Origin: Mobula hypostoma | Taxonomy: Eukaryota | NCBI RefSeq assembly: GCF_963921235.1 | Contig: NC_086097.1 | Location: 76,758,001 to 76,822,000 of the forward strand | DNA length: 64,000 nt | Reading direction: 5' to 3' | Shown here: piece after piece, positions 39,445-53,325 of the stretch | Numbering within the stretch: position 1 is the stretch's first letter | Layout of the letters: the number at the start of each line of letters is the position of its first letter | Program-made: the position numbers and the translations under genes | The notes under the pieces: generated by a model | What the model was told of the DNA's origin: nothing | Database searches by the model: none | The model's input: the letters and a program-made list of their open reading frames with translations, nothing else

Positions 39445-41714
39445 TACTTTAGGGATTGACACTGATTGTCAAGAAGTAACTGTTCAGTTGGCAATTTAAT
39501 GATATACAGATTAAAAAACAGGTTTTCAGCAAGATAAAATCCTGTACTGGAGTACACTGATCTGCAGTTGGCGCTTGCCTGATGAAAAACGTGCTAATGT
39601 TAGCATAATCAAGGGCAATTCCTAGATAGAATTTTAGCAGGCTACTGCTGAGTAATTTAAAATTCATCAGCAAATTTAAAGAGAAAACCTTTCACCAAAA
39701 CTAATTTGCATCTAATCTGAAAAGCCTGGTTAGTAAGTGGTGGCTGAGAGATTTTCATAGAAAGCTTCCAAGAAAACGTTGGTATTTGTTGGGATTTACA
39801 CAGCAAAATTAAGGTTTACTTGAGAAGTAAAAACTTTGCAGTCTGTCCCAGGCACGGCTGCATCATGAGGTGTATATCTATGCAGGTGAGCGCATGCAGC
39901 CAATAATTACAATTAATCATTCTTTAGATGTGGGGAATTACTGCCACTCTGCATGCTTTAAAGCCTTTTCATATTGCACCGTGTGCTCATGCCAGAGCTG
40001 ACGCAATTGCTGTCAACTGTTGCACAGCTGACTAACAGATGTTAATAATATCATCAGTACAGACTGGAATGCCCTGTGACATAAAAGTTAAAGGTATTCA
40101 TGCACAGAATACCCTTTGGCAGAGAAATGCTTCTAATTTAAATGAATTATAAATTATTTGGGCCAAATTCTACACTCTTCCTTTTTAAGAGAAGCTCCTC
40201 CTGAGTCATGTGTAAATCAGGTTCTCTGTGAGTATTGATAGATCGAAACTGTGTGCTTTGGTTTCTTCCTCATTAACACTGAATCCCTTCATTACCTTTT
40301 TGTCAAGAACGACAAGAAGAGTGGAACCTCCTTGGGGAAAAAAAAATTAGCAACATCCATGAGACGAAAAAGCACAAGAAAAATTCCTGAGAAAAATTAT
40401 TTTATCTGTACTCTTTGACATTGTCCAAAGTCTCTCAGCATTCTACTCTTTATCATGGAACATAGCAACCATGGATATCGTATGCAATGATGGTGAATAT
40501 TAAAGAATGTAGTTTTTATCATTTAGAAGAACAAGAGATCCCATTGAACATTACAAAATTCTTGCAGGGTTCAACAAGAAAAATATTTCCTTTGGTTGAA
40601 TAGACCAGAGCCAGAGTTCACAGTGACAGAATAGAGAACAAACCACTTAGGACTGAGCTGAGGAGAGACTGCTTCACACAGGGTGGTGACTCTTTAGAAC
40701 TGTCCACCTTGGAGAGCTGTTGGGCTCAATTATTTAGTTCTTTCAAAACGAGATTAATCTATTTTTGGAAATTGAGAGAAATGGTGCCCAGGTGGAGGAT
40801 CTACCTTGAATTTGATCAATGGCAGAGCAAGTTTTAAAGGGCCAAATCGCCACCTCCTGCTCCTTTTCCTTCATCTCTAGCCTAAATGTATTTAAATGAA
40901 TGTGGGTTCTACAATATTGGTACTGTTCTCCGAACCTGCGGCCAGAAAGACCTGGGTATTCCCACTGGCTGGGTGAAAACTTGTTTATCATTGGGGCAGC
41001 ATTTGTCTACTTCTTCATCAAAATGATTATTGAACTATTACTATAATTGTTTTTCCTCCCTGTTGGCATAGTCATGTGCAACCTGTTCTGTGAGACTCTG
41101 GTGCAATTCTGATTTAATCCTCATTCTGCTTTTTTAATAATGCATCATCAAGTTTGCAATGACAAAAGATGTTGGCTAAAAATCCCAAAGTTAATCATTT
41201 TATTACATCAGACTTTTTATTTCCAACAGTAATTAATGAAATGTGGTGCATAAATTTTAAGGTATTATTCAATACACACGTTTTTCTTAGACTGTTGCCT
41301 GGGGTTGAGGGACAATCTGAGAAGAAGATGTTACAGTATGTTACCAGAGTTGATGATTTGCTTCTACTCCCATTTTATGGGTTCTGAGGAGGCAAATAAA
41401 GCAAGAGGGCACACACCAACACTTTTGTAGTTGAGGCAGGGGATGGTAATGGGCCAGGAGAGTGAATAATTTATGAGTGATCAGTTTCTTTTGCCGAGTA
41501 CACAGGGCCTTGGTGTACATCCAACATTCCCAGCATTAATGCTCTCATTACACTTAGTTATCTGTATTGGGTAGGCTACATCATTTGCATAATAGGCCCC
41601 TCATTCCTGAAACAGATGTGCAAATCTGATTACCAGATTGATGGAAGAAGGGTGAGAGTCATGACTGTGCAGTGATAAACTAAAATTCTTGAGGGTACTG
41701 CTTATCTTTTCCAG

Positions 41715-41889
41715 GCTCAGTTCTGGCACCGAGGCAGTGTTTATTTTGGCCGTACTTGGCAGCCTGGTGATGTGGTCGGATGCATGATTGATATGAATGA
41801 CAAATCAATGATATTCACTCTAAATGGAGAACTTCTCATCACTAACAGTGGCTCAGAACTCGCTTTCACAGATTTTGATGTTGAAGAGG
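41715..41889 (+). CDS. RYR3: RYR exon 11 in window (175 bp; SPRY2)
   Basis: tccag|GCT...GAGG|gtaagt; AQFWHRGSVYFGRTWQPGDVVGCMIDMNDKSMIFTLNGELLITNSGSELAF. Confidence 0.95.
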
Positions 41890-42107
41890 GTAAGTTAACA
41901 TTTACGCTTGGCAATTTCAATTACATGGTAATGAATTCTTCTGTAGCCAACAGGTTGATGGAAATACCTTATGGTTACATATGAGAGATTAAGCAGAATC
42001 AGATACAAAGAGACTTCAGAAGTACATACTGTATGTATGATCGTTGCTGCCATATGTGAAATATGTTATAAAAATAAAAATCATTATAATTAATGTTGAA
42101 TTTCCAT

Positions 42108-42335
42108 CGCACGTGGCCAAGTGGTTAAGGCATTCATCTAGTGATCTGAAGGTCGCTGGTTTGAGCCTCAGCTGCGGCAGCGTGTTTGTGTCCTTGAGCA
42201 AGGCACTTAACCACACACTGCTCTAGTGTCTGTGTGAGGAGTGGCGTCCCACACAAACTTCCAACCTGCGCCTTGTAAGGCATGAAAATGCCCGACGCAG
42301 GCCTTTCATGGTCTGAGTCAACGTTGCCTCCCTTG
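42108..42335 (+). mobile_element. tRNA-derived SINE
   Basis: A box tggccaagtggttaagg, B-box-like ggtttgagcc, then gtgtccttgagcaaggcacttaacc. Confidence 0.75.
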
Positions 42336-43143
42336 TATGCCTGCAAGGGTTTTATTTTAAACCAGAAGTATACCTGTTTCCTGTATTTTTGATAAAATTT
42401 GATTCTCATTGTTAGCAACTCAAATACACCAGAAAATTATTTTCTGGAAAATGACAGTAAGACAATTAAACAAGCCAGAAAATTGAGGCCATTTTTTCCC
42501 TGAATCCACATGACTGAGTGGCTTCATCCTCTTTCTATTCATTCCTCAAAAACCTTCCATAATTTATTAAAATTAATGGCTCTAATCACAGAATTTAAGT
42601 TTGCGAGCCTGCTCGTAGTTATCTCTGCTGAGTGCTCCAGTGAGAATTACTGAATATGTCCTCCTTGTGTGTCGGCTTGTCTCTGACTTCTGTGTTGGTG
42701 CTTCTAATCTCCTGGTCTAATACCAGTCTTGCCACTGAGTACAGCAATGGAGCACTGGTGTAATAGCCTAGGCCCTTATCTCGACACCAGCAGTGGCAGT
42801 GTATGTAGTGGAACCCCACTAATTCAAAAGGATTCGCCAGCCCTGAGTAAACATTATTGCTATGTAACTGCTTGTTTTTCTTTATCACTTTAAGTATATT
42901 ACAATAAAAATAATAGTTCATACACTTCCAGCTATTTTTAAACATCACTGATGATTAGAGTCCATGTCCTGAGACCTGGCCTTCACTCATCTTACACTCT
43001 GCCTCAAAGAAGGCCCTTGGATAAGAAGGATCAGCTTGATTGATCCTCCATATCCAAATCAGTTAATGCAGGAGAATTAAGAATATTTTTAAAAACAAAT
43101 GTAAAATAAGTATCATTCATTTTTCCCTTCCATCTTTTTCTAG

Positions 43144-43352
43144 GTTTAATCCCAATTTGTTGTCTGGGCTTGTCTCAGATAGGTCGAATGAATTTTGGAA
43201 AGGATGCAACCACTTTCAAGTATTATACAATGTGTGGTTTACAGGAGGGTTTTGAACCTTTCTCAGTGAACATGAACCGTGATGTAGCCATGTGGTTCAG
43301 TAAACGTCTACCTCAGTTTGTCCCTGTGCCAAAAGATCACAACCATATTGAG
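43144..43352 (+). CDS. RYR3: RYR exon 12 in window (209 bp)
   Basis: tctag|GT...GAG|gtaagg; LIPICCLGLSQIGRMNFGKDATTFKYYTMCGLQEGFEPFSVNMNRDVAMWFSKRLPQF. Confidence 0.95.
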
Positions 43353-43789
43353 GTAAGGTACAGGGTATTGTTTCTCATGAAATCGTATTCTGATTATATT
43401 ATCTATCTATATATATATATATTCCAAGATCCATCACAATAATCTTGTTTTAAATAAAAAAACATTGGTCACCATAAACAAATGCACAGTTCTAAATAAA
43501 AATTGCACAATCCTTCTGCATTATTCCAATAACCACCAAGGTTTCATGAATTTAAATTGCTCCTTTACCTCAATGCCTGACTATATGGCCTTCCTGTAAC
43601 AACTGCAGTGGTAATTAATCGAACAGTATCTTTTGAAGTGAACAGAACATTATGGAGTCAATTGACTAGAATAATTCAAATATTGCAGATGTTTTGCTTT
43701 TCGTGTTTCAAAATGTTAATTTATGACTACAACTCTTTTTAAATTTCTGAAACCTGAACAGCCTGCAGTATGTTAAGTGGATTTAATGA

Positions 43790-44305
43790 TAATAATAATA
43801 ATAACTTTAGTGATCCCAAATGGGAAATTCTTTCATTACAGCATCAACATTTAAAAACACACTTAGCAGTGTGCAGATTTAACTATTAATAAAGTACAGA
43901 ACAATAATACACCTCATAATAATGTACCAATGTGCAAGAATAATGTATAAAATAATAAAGCAGCGACTGTTGTACTGTGATGTGTTCTCCTGTTGCACAG
44001 AGATGAACTGTTGGATATGCTTATTGCATTTTGTAGGAAAGATTTTCTGTAATGGTCCTTGTAACAGTGGGGCTGAATGAGTCTGTTCGAAAAGGAGCTC
44101 TGCTGTTTATTCGGTAGGTCATGGAGAGGTTGTCCATAATGGATAACTGTTTAATGACCTCTCCATCACTAACTCAAAAGAGCCTGGGTTGTAGCCAAGG
44201 ACGAATCTAGCCTTTTTGATGAGTTTATTTAGTTTTTTTTCATCACCAGCACCGATACTGCTCCCCCAACATAAAGCAGCAAAGAAGACTGCACTCGCTA
44301 CAATA
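43790..44305 (-). mobile_element. Rex/L2-like LINE 3' fragment with (TTA)n tail
   Basis: YENIVASAVFFAALCWGSSIGAGDEKKLNKLIKKA. Confidence 0.75.
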
Positions 44306-44926
44306 TTTTCATAACATTTTTCAATTTTTTGGCTTTTAAGTGCAATTTTAAAAATAGGTAAAATGACATAAATGGTATTATCTATTTCCATTTGTGGTGC
44401 AGTGTTAAGTAATCTGGTAATTGAGAACTTTATAAAGGATTTTAGAATTACCGGTCTGCAGTTTTAATCTATTGTAATAAGGGCAATCAAATTCACAGGT
44501 GCATTATGAGGGGTTTTGTTGCTAGAAATCAGTCCTTATCATGGTTTTCCATTAAAAAATGCAAGTTGAAAAACATATATCTTGTACTTACACTATTTAT
44601 GTAAATCCCATGAGAGCAAATTTTATTCCATAGCTTAAATTTTTGGCAAGTGATTTGTGAGCCCTGTAAAGGCAAATTTCTGTTACCTGAAAATCAGTCA
44701 GTGATGTGGGAATCACCTGTATTATGGGTAAAGGTCAATATAAGGAAATTATCATTTAAGAAAGGTGCAATTTCCTTGAACCTTTTACCTACTGTGGCAT
44801 TGTTTACCTAAATATTAGCTCCTTCCAATTAAATTCCCTAAAAACACAAGAGAATGCTGTAAACTAAAGTAAAAAGAACAAACTGCAGGAGAAACTCATC
44901 AGGTCATACAGCACCTATGAAGGCAA

Positions 44927-45125
44927 GAAGAAGAAGAAAGCCCTTATCTCTGAGTGGAATCATCGGGACACCGTTGTGATGGCGTTTTTTTAGCAGGCTT
45001 TCTTATTTTTACGAGGCTGAGTTGCTAGCTCGACACTCAACCCAGCATGGGTGAAAAGCGTGCAAGGAACTCGGGAGCCTTCACTCCGAAGTCCGGCGCT
45101 GATGCCACTACTCCACCAGCCAGCC
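44927..45125 (-). mobile_element. tRNA-like SINE with (CTT)n tail inserted in a PLE remnant
   Basis: TSD atgaaggcaa (44917-44926) / atgaaagcaa (45126-45135); head ggctggctggtggagtagtggcatcagcgccggacttc. Confidence 0.7.
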
Positions 45126-46019
45126 ATGAAAGCAAAGGGACAATCAAAATTTCAATTTGAGAACCTGTACCTGCTGTTGGGTAGGAAGGTTAACAGGTGT
45201 ACGCAGTAACAGTGGAGAATCTTTGGCCTTTAGGGAGAGCTGGGATATTTCATTAACATCCCCTCTTCCAAATTCTATGACTGACGCCACTTTCTCTTAA
45301 GCCCAGTGGTCCCTTCTCCATACTGCCCTCTAGCCACTTTCCACTTCAAAAACCAGCCGTTCTCCTCTGTCTTCCCTCCCACCAATTTGCTGGAACTTGT
45401 GTTTGTGTCTCAGGCTGCAACCACCCCACCACCCTTGAATTTTTTTTTGTCAAGCAGTCAGCGATGCTGGTTGCTGTCTGTGAATTGCAACAAAAGGGTC
45501 ATGAGTCCAGCAGGACATCTGCTTTCAGGGTCCTGCTGAGCTGTTCACCTTTCTAGCCTGCCCATAATCTCTCCGCAACCTCTACTCCGGCAGCACATTG
45601 GTACCTCCAGAAAGCCAAGTTCAATTCTGTCCTTGGATGTTGTTGAGTGGCATTAGCACATTCTCCCTGTGACCACTTGGGTTTTCCCTGCGAGCTCTTA
45701 TTTCTTCCCAAAGACATGCAGAATGGTAGATTAATAAGTGTGTCGGGAGGAATACAAGGTGGGGCAGCTGATGAGAATGTGGGGAGATTGAAATGGTGAG
45801 TGCATAATAGTTTCTACAGACTCACTGAGCCAAGGATCCTGTTTCTCTACATGATGCTGTCAGAACTCAGGAGATAATATATGGCTCGGTTTATATTTCC
45901 TGACGCCACTGGTATTTGTGTTAATGCAATTCCGAATCTCATTGCATGCCATAAAGTATACAATCTAGTTAATTTATATTAGACTCCTATTAGGTTCCTC
46001 CTCCTTCAGCCCCTTCCTT

Positions 46020-48352
46020 TTCTAAAGTTCAAAGTAAACTTATTTTTCAAAGGTCTAGCTTATGGACCTCTGGTTTCCTTCCCCTGAAGCTAATGATCAG
46101 CTCCTTGGTCTTGTTGACATAAAGTAAGAGTTTGTTGTTATGGCACCACTCAGCCAGATTTTCAATCTCCCTCCTATATGCTGATTCATCAACCGTGTCA
46201 TCAGCAAACTTGAATATGGCATTGGAGCTGTGCTTAGCATCACAGTCATGAGAGTAAAGTGAGTAGAGCAGGGGGCTAAGCACACAGCCTTGTGGTGCCC
46301 CCGTGGCTGTTGGAGATTGTGGAGGAGACGTGGTTGCCAATTCGAACTGGCTGGGGTCTGCAAGTAAGGAAATCGAGGATCCAACTGCACAAGGATGTAT
46401 TGAGGCCAAAGTCCTGAAGCTTATTAATTAGATTTAAGGGGATGATGGTATCAAATTCCAAGCTGTAGTCGATAAAGATCAATCTAATATATGTATTTTT
46501 GCTGTCCAGATGTTCCAGGGTTGAGTGAAGAGCCAGTGAGATGGCATCCACTATTGACCTGTTATTCCTATGGGCAAATTGGAGTCAATCCAAAAAATCA
46601 CTTAGCTGGCAGGAGTTGATATGTTTCATCTCCAATCTCTGAAAACACTTCATCACTATGTATGTAAGTGCTACTGATGACGTCCTTTTTAGGCTCTGGT
46701 GTAGTTAAAGCCTGCTTAAAGCAGGTGGGTACCTCAGACTGCTGAAACAAGAGTTTAAAGAGTCATGGAGATTCCAGCTGGTTGATCGGCACAGATTTTA
46801 AGGACTCGGGCAGGTATCCCATCTGGGCCGGATGCTTTTCATGGATTCACTCTCCTGAAGGCTGCTCACACATTGGCCTCAGAGACTGAAATCACAGGGT
46901 CATCGGGGGCTGTGGGAGTTTGTAATGGCTCCTCCATGTTCTCATGGTCGAAGTGAGCCCAGAATGCATTTTGCTCATCTGGAAGTGAATCCCTGTAGTC
47001 GCCTATGTCTCTTGATTTAACTTTATAAGAAGAGGTGATGGTATTCAAGCCCTGCCACAGCTGGTGAGCATCCTTTGTTGATCCAGTTTTGCCACTTCAC
47101 CGGTGATATGGCTTTCTGGAGATTGTACGTGGACCTCTTGTAACTGTTCTGGTCACTGGACCTGAATGCCTGTGATTTGGCCCTCACAGATTGGAGATCT
47201 CATGGTTCATCCGGGGCTTCTAATTGGGAAAGACCATGAATCATTTTGAAGGGACACAGTCATCCATAACAACCATGGTGTATTTATTCAGATCCACAGA
47301 TGAAGCCTTGAACATGGCCCAGTCCACTATCTCGAAGCCATCCCTTAGCCGATTATCTGCCTCCTGTGACCACGTCTTTGTTGTCCTAACATCTGGAGCT
47401 TTGCTCTGTAGTATCTGCTTGTACGCAGGTAGAAGGACAGCCAAGAGATCTGATTTACTGAAATGTGGTCTGGGCATGGAACAATGGCATTCCTAATCTC
47501 AGTATAACAGTGGTCTAGTGTGTTCAGACCTCTGGTACTATAGGTTATATGCTAGTGGTACTTGGGCAGGGTTTTCTTCAAACAAGCCTGGTTGAAGTCC
47601 CCAACTAATATTTGAAATGTGTCCGGGTGAACTGTTTCTTGTTTGGAGACGGCATTATGCAGTATCTCAAGGGCTTGATTATAGTTGGCCTCTGGAGATA
47701 TACAAACTGCAGTTGGATGATCGAGGAGAACTCCTTTGGGAAATAGAATGGCTGACATCTGGCCATTAGGTATTCAAGGTTGGAGGAATATGGATTCAAC
47801 GAAATTGCCACAACAGAACACCACTGAGAGCTTATCACTAAACACAAACCTCCACCTTTTGCCTTTTCCAAATGAAGAGTTCAATGTATTCTGTAAACTG
47901 AGAAGCCCTCGGGTCTGACTGATGTGTCTGGTGTGCTAGGATAAAGCCATGTCTTGCTCAGACATAGAACACAACAATCTCTTATTTCTCTTTGATACAG
48001 CAATCTTGCCCTCAGGTCCTCAATTTTTGGCTCCAGCAACTGCACATTTGCTAACAAGATGCTGAGTACAGGGGGCTTCATCCCTTTGCTTTTCAGAGTC
48101 ATCCCCTCCTGCCTCACTTCTGGACATTGAGATGAACTTTCATCCACCTAGTGGTGCCGTGCCTGCTTGGTTGATATCGAATTCTTCAGAAAATCGTGAA
48201 ATCTGTTGATCATTATGTTGATTTAAAAGTACATTGCTTGAAGAAAAATTACATACTGCAGATTGCAGTGAGAGTAATCCAAAAGAGCTATATTTAGAAG
48301 TATTGTACATAGCCTGCAGAACGTCACTGTGGTTCACCACTGCCAGCTTCTT
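46020..48352 (-). mobile_element. Second near-full-length Rex1/Babar LINE, internally deleted near its 3' end
   Basis: [52 protein letters not shown]. Confidence 0.85.
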
Positions 48353-48721
48353 AAATCATCCATTTCCAGAATTTTAGTTCATCCTCCTCCCCCACCCACC
48401 CACCCACCCACAACCTTCCTCCTCATCTAGTCCTACCTATCACCTGCCAGCTTGTACTCCTTCCCCCCTTCCCTCCGCCCTCCATCTTATTCTGACCTGC
48501 CCAATTCCTTTCTAAACCTGAAAGGTCTCTACCAAAACATCGACTGTTTATTTCCCTCTATAGATGTTGTCTGACTTGCTGAGTTCCTTCAATATTTATG
48601 TGTGTTACCCAAGATTTTCAGCATCTACAGAATCTCTTCTGTTTATAATTTATATCAATGATCACATTCTGTGTTAGCGTTATAGCCATTATCTTTTAAT
48701 TGTGAATATACTGACTATGCC

Positions 48722-49786
48722 CAGTGGATTCCGGTTAATTGGGACACATTGGGACCAGTACATTTTGGCCCAATTAAGCAGCTGCCCCAATTAGACAAAG
48801 TTTCATGGAAATAGTTTGAAAGATATAAAAATTACAAATTACAGCTCAACTGAGTAGCAAATTATGTTCTTAAATGAAATATAGAACAAATTAGAGCACT
48901 ACCAATACTGTGGTGGTGGTTATCTGTCATATCAGATGATGGCAGTAAATCTGTGTGGGAACGGTTTAAAATGGAAAAGCCATTGCACTGGGACAGTTCC
49001 ACTCTCTCAGCTTCAGTCGTCACACTGGGATCTTCCTTGGTTGCAGTGGATGACCATGACTACTTCAGTACCTCGTCATGCCTTTCACTCTCCATGGAGC
49101 ATTGCAGAACCACCTTCCTGGCTGTTGGATCTCAGCATGGTATTTCATCTCCCCAATATGCCAGAGCCAACTTCGAAATACTACTACAGTACTTTAAAAC
49201 TATCTACTAGTTCCAAATAGTTATCAATGGAGGAATTCATCCAGTGTATGCTGCTGTGTTCTTTTGATTGACTGTAAATTAGCAAAATAGGTGTTTTGAT
49301 ACAATGCTTTTGATGACTGCATCCTCCAAATCTTCATTTTCGATGTAATTTTCAAGATGATTGTCAATACCTCCAAATTCTTCATAATTTCCTCACATGT
49401 TGAAGTAGTGAAATATTTTCATTTTTAGACCCAGCAGTTTCTGGCATCTCCAAGACTGAATACTTGAAACCACTATGAGCAGGGCAGTTCTGAATTGTCT
49501 TCCTGCTTATTTGTTGCCAACTATCAGTGACAAAAATCACTGCTTTTTGAACACAAACACATGCAACTGACCACAGCATAGTATCTAATGGCTACATAAG
49601 TGCACATGACCGATGCTAGTTAGAAATTGTTCGACAACAGTCCCCTAACCCATTTAAGTGGCATAGTGTCCCAAATAAAGGAATCCCGGCTATTTTCTTG
49701 ATCAGTTTTTGTTTTTTAAGAGTTGTCCCAAATAAGCAGCTGCCCCAATGAACTGATGGCCCAATTAACTGGAATTCAGTGCACTG
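48722..49786 (-). mobile_element. Tigger/pogo-like DNA transposon derivative with nested retroelement tail (~48909-49175)
   Basis: TIR cagtggattccggttaattggg / cccaattaactggaattcagtg; remnant AVIFVTDSWQQISRKTIQNC..HSGF. Confidence 0.75.
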
Positions 49787-49889
49787 TATTTTTATAAACT
49801 TCTGAAATGCTGAATACCAATAAAACTTGTGGAGCTTTACAAAGTGCGAAAAATAAATGTCCAACTAAAATTAGAATCTTATTTTCTAG

Positions 49890-50104
49890 GTAACAAGAAT
49901 AGATGGAACTGTAGACAGTCCACCCTGTTTAAAAGTTACCCATAAAACGTTTGGCACTCAGAATTGCATAACTGAAATGACATACTACCGTTTGAGTATG
50001 CCTCTTGAGTTTTATTCAACGTTTAAACATGATAGTATTCCTCATACAACTGATGACAATGGACCTCATACTGCGGATACTTTGTTAGGAAAGACTAAAT
50101 TAAG
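49890..50104 (+). CDS. RYR3: RYR exon 13 in window (215 bp; SPRY3 start and DR2)
   Basis: tctag|GTA...TTAAG|gtcagt; VTRIDGTVDSPPCLKVTHKTFGTQNCITEMTYYRLSMPLEF...GKTKL(R). The 3' boundary is inferred from frame with the next exon. Confidence 0.88.
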
Positions 50105-51119
50105 GTCAGTTTCCTTCATTTATTTGATTATGTTATTTGCTACATGAACAAGTAGGCTTTTGAGTGTATATAAAATGTGTATGCACAGATAATCACAATA
50201 TAGAGCTTGATTGTCAGAGCTTTTAAAGGAAACTTAACTTGTAAAGAAAAGCATGTGTATTCATATTTCATCTTCAGCAGATTTCAAAATATCAACAGTC
50301 AGTGGACTACTTTTAACTCAGATAACCGAAGAGTCTATCAATTTTGCACACACAATAAAATTTCAAAACGCATGAATATATGATCAGATTAACTTCTTGA
50401 AAAAGAAATGTTGTCCAGATTCTTAGAAGGCACATTTATTCTTCTTTTATTAATCCTCCTTAACTTCTATTTAAGTCACTTGAGGAAATCTGCAGTGCAT
50501 ACTTTGCACACCAGCACTAAAATTGAATTTTATCTTAGTCTCCATTCATGCAAATCACCGTCAGGAAACACATTTCAAATTTCAGAAAATACACTTTAAA
50601 AATGCTATCCATGTTTTTGGACTTTCTGTAATGGGATTTGTGCCTGTCATTATCTGGCTTAGAAGCAAAATTCAAGCTGCTGAGTCAAGCTGGCAATCAC
50701 AAATGACCAGTATTGCTCAGGATGCATTTACCTAGTTCTCAGTTTCACTGTAAAGGAATTCCTTAGAAATTAACGTTCAGACTTTCAAATGCATTTTAGA
50801 AGTTAAGGAGCTATTTTTGGGGAATTAAATCAATGGAAGTTTTAATCAAGAGTTTCAGTACACCCATGTTCTTAGATTAACAAATTTTCTGTTCTTTTTG
50901 TTTAGAATTATAATATTACCTCAATTTACTTAACATTGCTAATTTATTTATATTGAAGCACCAATTGTTGCATTTTCTTACAATTTTTTTTTAATTTATG
51001 CACAAATGATTAAGGTGTTCTTTTGAAATAGACACTTGTGCCTTTAATTCTCAGTGGGGAAAATTTTCTACTATTGAAGGACTACTCTCAATTAAAAATA
51101 TTTACTTCTTTACACATAG

Positions 51120-51189
51120 GGGTGCAAGATTGAGCCGTGATGTATCTGGAGACAGAGCTGACCAAGAAATTATTAAAAAATCCTCAATG
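51120..51189 (+). CDS. RYR3: RYR exon 14 in window (70 bp; end of DR2)
   Basis: pyrimidine tract, catag|G...ATG|gtaatg. Encodes (R)GARLSRDVSGDRADQEIIKKSSM and converts phase 2 to phase 0, as the flanking exons require. Resembles the RYR1/RYR2 segment preceding YYY. Confidence 0.8.
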
Positions 51190-51824
51190 GTAATGTGCAA
51201 TCAGCAATGACAAAACTCTGCTTATTCCCATACGTGATTAAAAGCCTCTTAACAAATGTTCAGATAGCGCTTACGGAGACATGAAGTATCTTATCTATGT
51301 ATATATTATTACCTGTACTCAGGTCAAAATACGGTCCACTTTTTAATTTTAAGGTCCTGAGAAAGATATTTGGATCATGACTTTTTAAAAAGATAGACTT
51401 GCTTTTAGAATGAATCTTTTGTGACCTTGGCACTTCATAGAAAGGATGCAGCCTTTAAGCACTTTGTGCTGTTGACACTGTTGCCTTGAATGAAAGGCAT
51501 TGCACACAACAGACATCCACAAAGAGAAATATGACACTAACCAAATCACCTGCTTCATGATGGTGAGGTGAGGGGCTGCAATACCTTTGTAGAAAACTGA
51601 CATGGAATAATTTACATCACCTTGGAAGAAGATGGGGTCTCAGTTTATTCTCTTAAATAAAACAATAATGGCTCAATAATGTAGCTTAATTTCTGAGCCA
51701 AAGATTGGATGAAGTCACATGTGAATCAGAATCAGCTTTATTATCACGAGCATGTGACGTGAAATTTGTTAATTTGTTGACTAACTGGTGTTGAAAGAAT
51801 ACCCAAGCATCCAGTACGGGGATA

Positions 51825-52810
51825 GCCCATAAGACAATAAGATACAGGAGCAGAATTCTGCCATTCGGCTCATTGAGTCTGCTCTGCCTTTCTGATTTAT
51901 TTCTCCCTCTTAACCCCATTCTCCAATCTTTTACACCCTTACCAATCAATAAATTATCAGCTTATGCTTTAAATATACCCAATGACTTGGCCTCCACAGA
52001 CAAGTTTGTGGCAATAAATTCCCCCAGTTCACCATCCTCTGGCTAAAGAAATTACTCCTCATCTCTTTTGTAAAGAAGTGTTTTTTTTATACTGAGGCTG
52101 TGCCCTCTGGACCTAGACACTCCCATTACTGGAAACATCCTCTCCACATACATCCTATCCAGACTTTTCAATATTTGGTAGGTTTCAGTGAGATCCCCCT
52201 CATCCTTCTAACTCCAGTGAATATAGGCCAGAGTCATAAAATGCTCCTTATATTTTAACTCATACATCCCCAGGAGAATTCTTGCAAACCTCCTCTGGAC
52301 CCTTTCCAATGGCAGCACATCCTTAGATTTGGGGCCTGAAACTGCTTACAATACTCTTAATGTGGTTTAATATTCTGGTCCTCTCAAATTAAAGCTAACA
52401 TTGCATTTGCCATCTTTATTTCTGAGTCAATCTGGAAGTTAACCTTTAGGGAATCTTGCATAAAGACTCCTGTACCATACGTAAACTTGGCCATGTCATC
52501 CAAAATATTAACATAAACCTGAACAGTAGCAGACCCAACGCCGGCCCCTGAGGAACACCACTAGCCACTAGCTACCAACCAGAAAAGGCTCCCTTTATTC
52601 TCACTCTTTGCCTCCTGTCAGTTAGCAAACTTCTGACCATGCTAGTTAGTACCTATCCTGTCTTGTTTAGCAGTCCTATGTGTGGCACCTTGTCAAAGGC
52701 CTTCTTAAAAATCCAGGTAAACATTATCCACTGATTCTCCTTTGTCTATTCTGTTCGTCATTTTCTCGAGAAATTCCAGCAGATTTGTCAGTCAAGATCT
52801 CCCCTTAAAG
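51825..52810 (-). mobile_element. CR1 LINE 3' fragment (others at ~12770-13085, 37480-38260, 40520-40870, 54075-54720)
   Basis: CR1 3' tail and RT remnants, e.g. minus DF.KAFDKVPH near 52690. Confidence 0.75.
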
Positions 52811-53164
52811 CCCTATCCACAGCCCTGATTATGTGATTCTCCGGGATCCTGGACCCAGCATGGTTCAGGTGGAGACCGTGTTGTCAGAACAACTCTCTCT
52901 AGCTGTCAATGTCTTCCAAATTCAAACTATTTTGTTTTGATTAAGCATATGTATAAAAATTTTACAAACAATTCTATATTGAAAAAAATCTAGTGTTTTG
53001 CCATTGAGAATAATCACTTCATTGATAAAATCTGTAAGTAATTTTAGGCTATTGTAACCTCAGAAACAATGTTCACACATGCGGTATTACACAAAAAATG
53101 ATTCTTACAATGACTGTTCTTTATAATCATAATAAGGTGTTGCTGTTATCTTTTTGCTGCACAG

Positions 53165-53325
53165 TATTATTATGCAGTGAGAATATTTGCAGGCCAAGAT
53201 CCATCTTTGGTGTGGATTGGCTGGGTAACTCCTGACTACCATTACCACAGCAAGTCGTTTGACTTGAATAAACATCGGACTGTCACTGTTACTCTTGGAG
53301 ATGAGAAAGGCAGAATTCATGAAAG
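53165..53325 (+). CDS. RYR3: RYR exon 15 in window (161 bp; SPRY3)
   Basis: cacag|TAT...GAAAG|gtatgc; [26 protein letters not shown]...[15 protein letters not shown](S). Confidence 0.95.

Noticed and set aside
42108..42180. Possible tRNA gene
   Set aside because: Degenerate T-arm, and it runs into a SINE body, so it is a SINE head.
51062..51100. FLLLKDYSQ upstream of the 70-bp exon, faintly like RYR2 FLL...DYS (intronised exon relic?)
   Set aside because: Out of frame with the exon, too short, and compatible with chance.
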